Origin: Coleofasciculaceae cyanobacterium
GTDB taxonomy: Bacteria > Cyanobacteriota > Cyanobacteriia > Cyanobacteriales > Coleofasciculaceae
DNA: 23,668 nucleotides
Assembly (NCBI GenBank): GCA_036703315.1
Contig: DATNPH010000131.1
Coordinates: forward strand, 1-23,668
Direction: 5' to 3'
How positions within the stretch are numbered: the first letter of the stretch is position 1; each line of letters opens with the position of its first letter. A program made the translations under genes and the position numbers. Shown in pieces: positions 1 to 8,080 of the stretch. The notes beneath the pieces are model-generated. The model made no database searches and was not told the DNA's origin. It saw only the letters and a program-made list of their open reading frames with translations.

Positions 1-1
1 C

Positions 2-823
2 TGGCAAACCGCCAAAACCTACGAAGACATTCTTTATCACAAAACTGACGGTATTGCCAAAATCACCATCAATCGTCCCCACAAGCGCAATGCCTTTCGT
101 CCCAAAACCGTATTTGAACTCTATGACGCCTTCTGTGATGCCCGTGAAGACACGAGCATTGGCGTTGTCTTGTTCACAGGTGCAGGACCTCACACGGATG
201 GTAAATATGCCTTCTGTTCGGGAGGCGACCAAGGGGTGCGCGGTAAGGCTGGGTATGTCGGGGAGGACGGCGTTCCTCGTTTAAATGTGCTGGATTTACA
301 GCGCCTAATTCGCTCGATGCCTAAGGTGGTGATTGCCTTGGTGGCTGGATATGCGATCGGTGGTGGGCACGTCCTGCACCTAATTTGTGACCTGAGCATT
401 GCTGCTGACAATGCTATCTTCGGTCAAACGGGTCCGAAGGTTGGTAGCTTCGATGGGGGCTTTGGCGCTAGCTATCTCGCCAGAGTCGTCGGTCAAAAGA
501 AAGCGAGAGAGATTTGGTTTCTCTGTCGCCAGTACACGGCGCAACAGGCGCTGGATATGGGTTTAGTTAATTGTGTTGTGCCCGTGGAACAGTTGGAAGC
601 AGAAGGCGTCCAGTGGGCACAGGAAATTTTGGCTCATAGCCCGATCGCTATTCGTTGTTTGAAAGCTGCCTTTAACGCTGACTGCGACGGGCAAGCGGGT
701 TTACAAGAACTGGCGGGGAATGCCACTTTGCTTTATTACATGACGGAGGAAGGAGCGGAAGGGAAGCAGGCTTTCTTGGAAAAGCGATCGCCCGATTTTC
801 GTCAATATCCTTGGTTACCCTAA
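2..823 (+). CDS. menB: 1,4-dihydroxy-2-naphthoyl-CoA synthase (crotonase fold), 5'-truncated by the window edge; phylloquinone pathway
   Basis: The frame-2 translation from nt 2 reads [34 protein letters not shown]...LFTGAGP and runs into the 170..823 ORF. It contains FCSGGDQ, VAGY(A/S)[36 protein letters not shown] and [12 protein letters not shown], nearly identical to E. coli MenB across its length. Stop TAA at 821-823. Confidence 0.85.
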   Translation, partial: WQTAKTYEDILYHKTDGIAKITINRPHKRNAFRPKTVFELYDAFCDAREDTSIGVVLFTGAGPHTDGKYAFCSGGDQGVRGKAGYVGEDGVPRLNVLDLQRLIRSMPKVVIALVAGYAIGGGHVLHLICDLSIAADNAIFGQTGPKVGSFDGGFGASYLARVVGQKKAREIWFLCRQYTAQQALDMGLVNCVVPVEQLEAEGVQWAQEILAHSPIAIRCLKAAFNADCDGQAGLQELAGNATLLYYMTEEGAEGKQAFLEKRSPDFRQYPWLP

Positions 824-873
824 GAGCTGACCCCAGGAAGATTCAGCACTTTCTGTGTTAGTTGCTGTAGGGC

Positions 874-907
874 AAAAAAATCGCACCTTATCTAAACCAA
901 GGTGCGA
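874..907 (-). terminator. Rho-independent terminator read on the minus strand: 9-bp stem TCGCACCTT/AAGGTGCGA (881-889/899-907), 9-nt loop, then a T7 run on the minus strand (A-run 874-880 on plus)
   Basis: Perfect inverted repeat directly followed by TTTTTTT in the minus-strand sense. On the plus strand the stem is not directly followed by a U-tract. Lies about 210 nt downstream of the minus-strand gene ending at 1117. Confidence 0.5.
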
Positions 908-1116
908 TAAATAATGATGACAATTTTTTGAGCTTCTGTTCAATAAATGGATTTAATCTTTTTATTCTCAGAGATTCAGTTTTTCTTAATTCAAGCCTTG
1001 AGTAATTGCTAAATTCTCCTCCAATTTTTATCCATAAATGTGTCTGAATCCTGTAGAATTATCCAGGCAGCAATTTATAATGAGCAACTGCCTACTGAGC
1101 TTGTAATTAAGGGAGG

Positions 1117-1464
1117 TTAGACAAGTGCAGCTTCAAGCACTAACATTTTAGTGGGTGTAGAGGTTTGTGCTTGAGCGAGATCAGGATTGGAGTTATTCAG
1201 GGAACCATTTCCACAAATTGCCTCTTTGAGTATCAGTTTCTCTTCCTGCAAAATCTGTTCAATACTCTCCCAAGAAGACGCGAACTGTGGTAATGCTAAA
1301 GAGCAGGCTTTCCAGCTACCTCTCACGGGACCGCCGAGTTGTTGACACATACCCCCACGTCGTCCCTCAACGCAGTAATGACGGCAATACCGACAAGCAG
1401 AAGTTGGAAAATTCAATGTCTTCATGGGAGTTCTCTGGGGGAATAAAATAAATTTCCTATTCAC
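1117..1464 (-). CDS. Small Cys-rich hypothetical protein (...SACRYCRHYCVEGRRGGMCQQLGGPV..WKAC...); start is uncertain, either GTG at 1464 preceded by GGGAG, or ATG at 1425
   Basis: ORF in the track; Cys pattern C-x2-C-x3-C-x9-C suggests a metal site; terminator found downstream on the same strand. No family recognised by eye. Confidence 0.45.
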   Translation of the reverse strand: MNRKFILFPQRTPMKTLNFPTSACRYCRHYCVEGRRGGMCQQLGGPVRGSWKACSLALPQFASSWESIEQILQEEKLILKEAICGNGSLNNSNPDLAQAQTSTPTKMLVLEAALV

Positions 1465-1883
1465 CTCCCAATTTTCCTACTTAGCAATTTAGCCTCTTAA
1501 AGCTAGCAAGTATTGAGCCTGTATAGGTTGGAGCGATCCCCAAGCTAAATAGTATTTTTATGTTTTCTTTAGTATTCTGTTATAGATAGATACATTCTGT
1601 GTAAAGAAAAGACACAACCTCAAAGCATATATTGATAAAGTCGGCTGATTTCTCTTTAAACCCTATGGGGATCAAGCAAAAAAGACAAGGTAGATGTGCT
1701 AATAAATACAAAAATGTAGTGCGATAATCAGCTTTTAATCCTCGATTTAGTTGACAACCATTGAAAAAATTAGTAAACATTCCGTTGTGAGATTCCCTAA
1801 AGACAAATGAGTACAGAGGTAGCAAATTAGGAGTCTTTAGAGAACTTAGGCTGTTTGATGAGAGGCACAAAGACGGAGAAGAG

Positions 1884-2447
1884 CTAACTTTTCCACTGCT
1901 TGGTGGCACACAAACTACAGACACTCCAGCGCTGGAGTTCTCCGGGGGGTGTGGGACACTGACATTGGGGACAAAGGGGTAATGAAAGCGATCGCGCCTG
2001 CATAACCTCAGCCCAATTTTGAAAAGTCGAGTAGGCGTCTTTGAGTTTCGCCGTTTGAGGGTGAGAGGAGGCAGAAGCTGTCTCAACAACATGGCTGGGA
2101 TGCTCTTGCCATAAAGTAGACGGAGATTTCAATCCCCAGTTCCCTGTAGAAACGTCTTTCTGCCACTGTGTTGTAGAAAAGCGAATGTCAGTCAGTAGGT
2201 TGGGAAACTGCGCGTTTAACTTTTTCAAAATAAAATGGCGCTTAAACTTGAGTTCTTGAACCCAAACCGAGCTAGAAGTGGCAACATAAAGTACATCCCT
2301 AGAAATTGAATAGGGTCGTGTTTGCTGCGCCACTGTGGCTCCCACAACATCTGGCCAAACTTTAAGCAGACGTTGAAACTGTTGGGGTCCTTGCCACTCC
2401 GGCTGATTTTCAACCGTACCTAATATATGATTGAGAGATTTCAGCAT
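1884..2447 (-). CDS. DUF721 family protein (DciA-like, 'Zn-ribbon-containing, possibly nucleic-acid-binding protein')
   Basis: The motif W..VVG..VA..T.P..I..DVLYVATSSSVWVQELKF....IL.KLN matches the DUF721 core. C-terminal CPQCQCP...CSLC is a Cys4 zinc ribbon. ATG at 2445-2447 (minus). Confidence 0.65.
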   Translation of the reverse strand: MLKSLNHILGTVENQPEWQGPQQFQRLLKVWPDVVGATVAQQTRPYSISRDVLYVATSSSVWVQELKFKRHFILKKLNAQFPNLLTDIRFSTTQWQKDVSTGNWGLKSPSTLWQEHPSHVVETASASSHPQTAKLKDAYSTFQNWAEVMQARSLSLPLCPQCQCPTPPGELQRWSVCSLCATKQWKS

Positions 2448-2683
2448 CGGTATTCATCCCTACCAAAGACCTTTCTTTTCGGAGCAATCATAAAGATGAC
2501 AACGCATCTATCATTGAATCCTAGTCCACTGACCACCTAGGTGTAGTATCTTCCCCTCGCTCTATATTCATTAAATCTATTGCCTCAAAAGCCAAAACCC
2601 TGTAATAAACTGACAGCGAGAGTCACCTCTACAAACCTTTTCCCAGAATTGAACTTCAAAACTCACTACTATAAGTACTCCTC

Positions 2684-4111
2684 ATGAGCCAAAACATCTC
2701 AGTTGAGTCCTCAACTCACTCTTCTGCCTCAATTAACCCAGTTTTACAGGCGGCTCTAGGTAGCCTTGACGTGCAGCTAGAAGAGGAATTAGCCCGCTAC
2801 CGACGGCAACGGGCAGGGCGTCCAGTAATGTCGCCCCGTGGTTTGGGTCGTCATCAGATCCGCAAACCGATTGAGTTAATTTCCGTTGAGCGGGTAGGAG
2901 GTCAAACTCATCGTCCCGCTTTGGGAATGAGTACTGCTCCAGTAGTCTCATTTCCCCTGTTCATGGTGAACCCGACATCCGTGGCTACACCCGCCCAGGA
3001 CGCAAATCCTGAGCCAATGGGTCAAACGGCTCACCTGGAAACCCCCTTTGAACCGAATTCCGGGGGAGTTGTGCCTTCCCCGGCTAATGCTGCTAACAAC
3101 TTAGCTCCTGAGTCAAGCCTTACTAAGCCACTGAACCCTGAATCAGTAGATGGGGGAGGCAATTTGGCAACTGTAGCCGCTGCCCAAGCGCAGCCAGATG
3201 ATTATCTAGAATCATCGGAACAACTGCTGCGGAGTTTAGCCGAAGAAGAAACAATAGCTCCGCCCAAAAAGCGCTTCACGGATAGGCTACTGACTCCACT
3301 GAGCGTTGGTTTGATGTTACTCTTACTTGTTTCAAGCGCTACTATTGCCTTCATCGTGAATAATCCAGCCACCCTCAAGGCTTTTGGTCTTGACCGATTC
3401 TTTGGCTCGAAGTCCCCAACTGTAGCTCAAAGCCCCATAGCCGCCCCTGTGGCGAAGAACGATGCACCCGTAGTGAATGGACCCGATCTGGCGTCTGATG
3501 AATTTGTAGATTTGAATTTAAACACTCTCAGTCGCTTAGAAGCCACCCCAAAACCATCAGCGTCGCCAGCACAGCTTCCCCCATTAACAGCTATGCCTAA
3601 TGGGGCAACAATGGCAGCCCCGTCAGTTGTGCCGAATTCGGCTCTTCCAAGACGTTCTGCTGATTTATCTTCGGCACTTTTACAATCTTCTCCACAGGCG
3701 GGAGCAGTTCCGTCCTCAGGATTACCCCAGGTTGCTCCTTTACCAGCGCCAGCCGCATCTGCACCACGAGCGAACACTTCTAGCCCAGCCTCAGCTAAGT
3801 CAAAGTCATCACCGACATCTGCTAAATCTAGTAAATCTAGTGCGAAGAAGAATTCACCAGCGTCTTCCTCTTCAGCGCCAGCTGCCAATAGCTCCGCCGC
3901 CCAACCCGATGGTTTGTACTATGTACTGGTTAACTACGGTAGTGAGAGTGCTTTGGAGCAAGCAAGAACAGTTGTTCCTGATGCCTATGTACGCGACTTC
4001 CCAAAAGGTTCCCGGATTCAGATGGGAGCCTTCAAGACGGAATCTGAAGCGAAAACATTGGTTGAGGAACTCCAACGGCAGGGAATTTCTGCCTCGATTG
4101 ATCGCCCCTAA
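2684..4111 (+). CDS. Bitopic membrane protein with a C-terminal SPOR (septal peptidoglycan-binding) domain; FtsN-like architecture
   Basis: About 200-aa N-terminal cytoplasmic region, one TM segment (LLTPLSVGLMLLLLVSSATIAFIV), a roughly 170-aa Pro/Ala/Ser-rich linker with SAKS/SSKSS repeats, and a C-terminal GLYYVLVNYGSESALEQARTVVPDAYVRDFPKGSRIQMGAFKTESEAKTLVEELQRQGISASI matching the SPOR consensus (yy.vQ.GaF.....A..l...L...G..a.i). Confidence 0.7.
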   Translation: MSQNISVESSTHSSASINPVLQAALGSLDVQLEEELARYRRQRAGRPVMSPRGLGRHQIRKPIELISVERVGGQTHRPALGMSTAPVVSFPLFMVNPTSVATPAQDANPEPMGQTAHLETPFEPNSGGVVPSPANAANNLAPESSLTKPLNPESVDGGGNLATVAAAQAQPDDYLESSEQLLRSLAEEETIAPPKKRFTDRLLTPLSVGLMLLLLVSSATIAFIVNNPATLKAFGLDRFFGSKSPTVAQSPIAAPVAKNDAPVVNGPDLASDEFVDLNLNTLSRLEATPKPSASPAQLPPLTAMPNGATMAAPSVVPNSALPRRSADLSSALLQSSPQAGAVPSSGLPQVAPLPAPAASAPRANTSSPASAKSKSSPTSAKSSKSSAKKNSPASSSSAPAANSSAAQPDGLYYVLVNYGSESALEQARTVVPDAYVRDFPKGSRIQMGAFKTESEAKTLVEELQRQGISASIDRP

Positions 4112-4242
4112 GGGGATAGGGGATAGAAAACTTCATGAGCGATCTGGAGGCGGCAAAAGCTAGAAATTAAAGCTGGGTCTTGACTTTGAGATACCATGAT
4201 GTTAATGATTTCCCTGTCCTGCAATGTGAATGGAGAGCTGCT

Positions 4243-5004
4243 ATGGGATTGATCGATCGCATCCTGCGAGTAATTCGCGCCAACCTAAACAGCTTGGTGG
4301 GGAACGCCGAAGATCCAGAGAAAATTCTGGAACAAGCTGTAGAGGATATGCAGCAGGATTTAATTCAACTGCGGCAAGCTGTGGCTCAAGCGATCGCTAC
4401 CCAAAAACGTACCGAGCGACAAGCCTCTCAGGCTCAATCTACCGCCGATGAGTGGTACAACCGCGCTCAACTGGCACTGTCTAAAGGGGATGAAAACTTA
4501 GCGCGGGAAGCCCTAACACGCCGAAAATCCTATCAGGAAACGGCAAAAGCGATGCAAGGCCAACTGTCGCAGCAATCAAGTGTCGTCAGCAAGCTCAAAG
4601 AAAATATGCGGACGCTAGAGAGTAAAATCTCTGAAGCAAAAACGAAAAAAGACTTGTACATCGCCAGGGCACGCTCCGCTCAGGCATCCCAAAAAATTAA
4701 CGAAATGCTGGGCAATGTCGGTACTGGCAGTGCCATGAGTGCCTTTGAGAAGATGGAAGAAAAAGTGATGCAGCTCGAAGCCCAGTCTGAGGCACTAGAA
4801 CAGCTAGGAAGCAATGAACTGGAAAAAAGATTTGCCGCCCTTGAAGGTGGCGATGAAATTGATTCCGAGTTGGCAGCCCTAAAAGCCAATCTGATGACAG
4901 GCACCGAATCAGCAAAATTACCGTCTGGTCAGGCATCCTCTGTCAAAAATCCGGAAATTGAGGGAGATCTTGAAAAACTGCGCTCCGAAACCAATGGCTC
5001 TTGA
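4243..5004 (+). CDS. pspA: PspA/IM30 family protein (PspA-like paralogue); start at ATG 4243 (MGLIDRILRVIRANLN) with GGAGAG RBS 5 nt upstream, rather than the longer ORF start at 4180
   Basis: N-terminus MGLIDRILRVIRANLNSLVGNAEDPEKILEQAVEDMQQDL..LRQAVAQAIATQKR, LSKGDENLAREAL and SEAKTKKDLYIARA are hallmark PspA/Vipp1 coiled-coil motifs. Confidence 0.75.
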   Translation: MGLIDRILRVIRANLNSLVGNAEDPEKILEQAVEDMQQDLIQLRQAVAQAIATQKRTERQASQAQSTADEWYNRAQLALSKGDENLAREALTRRKSYQETAKAMQGQLSQQSSVVSKLKENMRTLESKISEAKTKKDLYIARARSAQASQKINEMLGNVGTGSAMSAFEKMEEKVMQLEAQSEALEQLGSNELEKRFAALEGGDEIDSELAALKANLMTGTESAKLPSGQASSVKNPEIEGDLEKLRSETNGS

Positions 5005-5239
5005 GGTTTAGAGAAACTGGCTATGATCTGGCACTTTTGAGCTGGAAGTTTTTAAACTGGATTAAAAGCCTCCTGCTTTAATGGCTTGGTCATTAGTGTT
5101 TTAAGTGCTTCAAAGAAGCGCTTCAGGGTTGAGACGGGAGAGCATCTATTGCTTAAACCTCAACACTACGTTAAGCAGGCTGACGCAGTAGAGCCTACTT
5201 TACAGCTACTTTATACATTACGAGAGGATAGACAGCGTC

Positions 5240-6016
5240 ATGGGATTATTTGATCGCCTTAGCAGAGTTGTCAGAGCTAATCTGAATGATATGGTTAGCA
5301 AGGCTGAAGATCCAGAAAAGATTCTGGAGCAAGCCATTATTGATATGCAAGAAGACCTAGTGCAACTGCGTCAAGCCGTTGCTAGGGCAATTGCTACTCA
5401 AAAACGCACTGAGCAACAATACAACAAAAACCAAACAGAAGCCAACAACTGGCAGCAACGAGCCCAACTGGCGTTGCAGAAAGGGGATGAAAACCTGGCG
5501 CGTGAGGCACTGGTTCGTAAGAAGACTGTTGCTGAAGCTGCCACTACTCTCAAACAGCAGCTGGATGGGCAGACAACTCAGGTGGACACTCTCAAGCGCA
5601 ACCTGATCGCCTTGGAAAGTAAGATTTCCGAAGCCAAGACTAAGAAGGATATGCTCAAATCCCGTGCAGCAGCGGCTAAAGCTAACGAGCAGCTGCAAGG
5701 CACGATTAGTTCGCTCAATACTGGCAGCGCCATGTCAGCTTTCGAGCGAATGGAAGAAAAGGTCTTGATGATGGAAGCCAAGTCTCAGGCAGCCGGTGAG
5801 CTTGCTGGTGCGGATTTGGAAAGTCAGTTTGCCATGCTCGAATCCGGCAGCGACGTTGATGATGAGTTGGCAGCGATGAAAGCGCAGATAGCTGGTAGTC
5901 CTGAGCCGAAGGCTGCTCTGCCTGCCTCAGAGGAGAAAAAACCATCCTCATCCTCATCTAGTCCAGCGGTTGACGCCGAATTGGAAGCCCTGCGAAAGCA
6001 AATCGACAATTTATGA
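5240..6016 (+). CDS. vipp1: Vipp1 (vesicle-inducing protein in plastids 1 / IM30), with the characteristic C-terminal extension helix
   Basis: Near-identical in motifs to Synechocystis Vipp1: MGLFDRL.RVVRANLND.VSKAEDPEK.LEQA.IDMQEDLVQLRQAVAR, TGSAMSAFERMEEKV, SQAAGELAG, and C-terminal AVDAELEALRKQIDNL. GAGAGGA RBS 11 nt upstream of the ATG. Confidence 0.8.
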   Translation: MGLFDRLSRVVRANLNDMVSKAEDPEKILEQAIIDMQEDLVQLRQAVARAIATQKRTEQQYNKNQTEANNWQQRAQLALQKGDENLAREALVRKKTVAEAATTLKQQLDGQTTQVDTLKRNLIALESKISEAKTKKDMLKSRAAAAKANEQLQGTISSLNTGSAMSAFERMEEKVLMMEAKSQAAGELAGADLESQFAMLESGSDVDDELAAMKAQIAGSPEPKAALPASEEKKPSSSSSSPAVDAELEALRKQIDNL

Positions 6017-6022
6017 TGTTCT

Positions 6023-6051
6023 CCCTCGCCATACCAAGAGGGTGGCGAGGG
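6023..6051 (+). terminator. GC-rich stem-loop (CCCTCGCCA ... TGGCGAGGG) 7 nt after the vipp1 stop; possible terminator lacking a clean U-tract
   Basis: 9-bp perfect inverted repeat with about 11-nt loop seen directly in sequence. Followed by CATTCCATCTC, not a T-run, hence low confidence. Confidence 0.3.
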
Positions 6052-6228
6052 CATTCCATCTCACGATTGAGATTTCCTTCGCTTCGACTGTTTCTATATT
6101 GCGAAAGCATTGATCAAAATAAAATCTTTCTTAAAGTTCCTTCTGTATGCAGGCCCTTGAGCCGCACCTTGTATCCAAGAATACTCCTGTAGGTGGAAAT
6201 TGAGCCTATTTGTCACAGGAGGAAGATA

Positions 6229-6312
6229 ATGCGAATTGCCCAAGTAGCCCCTTTGTGGGAAAGAGTTCCACCTCCCGCCTATGGAGGGATTGAACTCCAG
6301 TTTCCCAGTTGA
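6229..6312 (+). pseudogene. Relic of the N-terminus of a GT4 (group 1) glycosyltransferase: 27-codon ORF MRIAQVAPLWERVPPPAYGGIELQFPS* with strong AGGAGGAAG RBS, then frame decay
   Basis: MRIAQVAPLWERVPPPAYGG(I/T)EL is the highly conserved N-terminus of a cyanobacterial GT4 family (normally continuing VVSLLTEELVRRGHEVTLFASG). Here a stop follows codon 27. A weak TVTLAEN echo appears out of frame downstream. The remaining 125 nt to the next gene cannot encode a GT. Confidence 0.4.
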
Positions 6313-6437
6313 ACCGTTACGCTTGCCGAGAACATGTGCAAGGCTCTAGCCCAATAGTCGCGAAACTTTTAGCAACTGTCACAATGTAACTTGTAGGCGC
6401 GACAGCTGATCAACTCCTTGTGAGTTCTAAGTTATTT

Positions 6438-8060
6438 TCAATCAGACGGCAACGGCTGCGGTAAAGGTAGAGTGATGATGAACGTCGTTCCCACTCCTAC
6501 TTCACTATCTACAACGATTTTACCCTCATGTAAGTCGGCACATTCTTTAACAATCATTAATCCTAGTCCAACGCCAGGAGTGGTACCAACATTACTACCG
6601 CGAAAGAAAGCTTTGAATATCTGTGCTTGGTCAGCCGGTGGAATGCCAATACCCTGATCAGAAATCCGAAATACCAGTTCATTGTGTTGAGATACTAAAT
6701 CAAGCCGAACAAGGCTCCGTTCAGGAGAGTATTTAGTTGCATTAGACAACAAATTCCTGAGCATTGACTCTAAAAGCTTCGTGTCTAAAAGTGCGTTAGT
6801 AGAATCTCCTTGGCACTCAAAAATAATTGTGTGTTGACCAGTATCATTCAACTGAAACTCTTCCACCAGTTCACGAACAACCTGCTCTACATCCAGTGGT
6901 TCTCGCTGGAATGTTAAACCTCCGGCTTCGGCTTGATTGATGAATAACATATCGTCAACCAGTTTGGTCAGGTAAGTGACAGAAGTTTGAATGCGTTGGA
7001 AATGCTTGTGCTTTCTCTCATTGGTCCACCCAGAACTATATTGCTCGAGCAGTTGAGCAGAAGACAATATTGTGGTCAGTGGCGTGCGATATTCGTGTGA
7101 GACAGTAGCAATAATACGAGATTGTAATTCGTTGAGTTCTCGCTCTTTTTCGAAAGCTAATCGCAGTTCACTTTCTAAGCGCTGTCGTTGAGCAATCTCT
7201 GTCCGTAATTGATCATTCGCGGCGCTTAATTGAGTGATAGTTTCTGCCACTCTAACTTGCAATTCCTGATTTGTCCTTTGCAAGAACGTTTCTAATTGCT
7301 GTTGCTCCGTGGCATCATGGAAAACCAAGACAGCTCCCAGTATGTTACCCGACTCATTTTTTATCGGTGCTGCACTGTCATCAATTGGAATTTCTGTACC
7401 ATTTTTGGTAACCAGTAGTGTGTTTTTCTCTAAACCTACAGTCACTCCCTCTTGAAGTGCCAAGGCTACTGGATTTTGAACAATTTCTCGTGTTACTTCA
7501 TTGATGGCTTGGAAAACCTGGGATAAATCATTACCCAGAGCCTCTTCCTGTTTCCAGCAAGTGAGCGCTTCGGCAACAGGATTCATGAATGTGACTACCC
7601 CCTGAGAATCCGTGGTAATCACGGCATCACCTATGCTCTTGAGCGTTGTTGCTAACCACTGCGCTCTCTCCTGCCGTTGCTGCTCCATTTGATGATTGTA
7701 GAGAGCAACTTCAATTGTTGTGCATAAATCTCTCGCCTCAAAAGGTTTGAGAATGTAACCATATGGCTCTGTAAGCTTGGCACGATTGAGAGTTTCCTCA
7801 TCGGTGTAAGCTGTCAAATACACCACTGGTATTTGGAAATGACTACGAATTTGTGCTGCCGCTTCAATGCCATCAATGCTACCTTTCAGTTTGATGTCCA
7901 TCAGGACTAGGTCTGGACAGTTTTGAGCAACCATTTGAAGCGCGCCTTCTCCAGAAGGGCTAATTGCTGTCACCGTGTACCCTAGCCCTTCCAATCTAGT
8001 TTGAATATTAAGCGCAACAATACTTTCGTCTTCAACAATTAAAATTTTGGCTCTCCCCAT
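6438..8060 (-). CDS. Hybrid sensor histidine kinase: N-terminal REC receiver, PAS, HisKA (H-box SHEYRTPLTTIL), HATPase_c
   Basis: MGRAKILIVEDE...DLVLMDIKL...LTAYTD..KP is the receiver signature. ATVSHEYRTPL is the H-box. C-terminal DQGIGIP...GLGLMIV is the G-box. RBS AAGAGGG before the ATG. Only 20 nt from the upstream kinase gene. Confidence 0.85.
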   Translation of the reverse strand: MGRAKILIVEDESIVALNIQTRLEGLGYTVTAISPSGEGALQMVAQNCPDLVLMDIKLKGSIDGIEAAAQIRSHFQIPVVYLTAYTDEETLNRAKLTEPYGYILKPFEARDLCTTIEVALYNHQMEQQRQERAQWLATTLKSIGDAVITTDSQGVVTFMNPVAEALTCWKQEEALGNDLSQVFQAINEVTREIVQNPVALALQEGVTVGLEKNTLLVTKNGTEIPIDDSAAPIKNESGNILGAVLVFHDATEQQQLETFLQRTNQELQVRVAETITQLSAANDQLRTEIAQRQRLESELRLAFEKERELNELQSRIIATVSHEYRTPLTTILSSAQLLEQYSSGWTNERKHKHFQRIQTSVTYLTKLVDDMLFINQAEAGGLTFQREPLDVEQVVRELVEEFQLNDTGQHTIIFECQGDSTNALLDTKLLESMLRNLLSNATKYSPERSLVRLDLVSQHNELVFRISDQGIGIPPADQAQIFKAFFRGSNVGTTPGVGLGLMIVKECADLHEGKIVVDSEVGVGTTFIITLPLPQPLPSD

Positions 8061-8080
8061 TGCCCTCTTAAATATTTTTA

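Noticed and set aside
190-411. 73-aa minus-strand ORF inside menB
   Set aside because: Antisense overlap with a strongly supported, highly conserved coding frame. No motifs.
1580-2092. 170-aa minus-strand ORF overlapping the 3' end of the DUF721 gene and the non-coding gap
   Set aside because: Low-complexity translation running through an AT-rich intergenic region and out of frame with the DUF721 gene. No start context or motif.
2534-2543. Perfect 10-bp palindrome CACCTAGGTG in the divergent promoter region
   Set aside because: A perfect 10-bp palindrome is expected by chance roughly 20 times in 23.6 kb. No flanking extension or repetition.
3427-4163. ORFs 3427..3888(-), 3600..4163(+), 3872..4075(-) overlapping the SPOR-protein gene
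   Set aside because: Products are low-complexity artefacts of the GC-rich P/A/S-linker coding region in alternative frames. The +1-frame SPOR protein has a recognisable domain and they do not.
5115-5176. Palindrome GAAGCGCTTC and 7-bp stem TGCTTAA...TTAAGCA between pspA and vipp1 as the pspA terminator
   Set aside because: Short stems without a following U-tract. Could be chance, so pspA termination is left unassigned.
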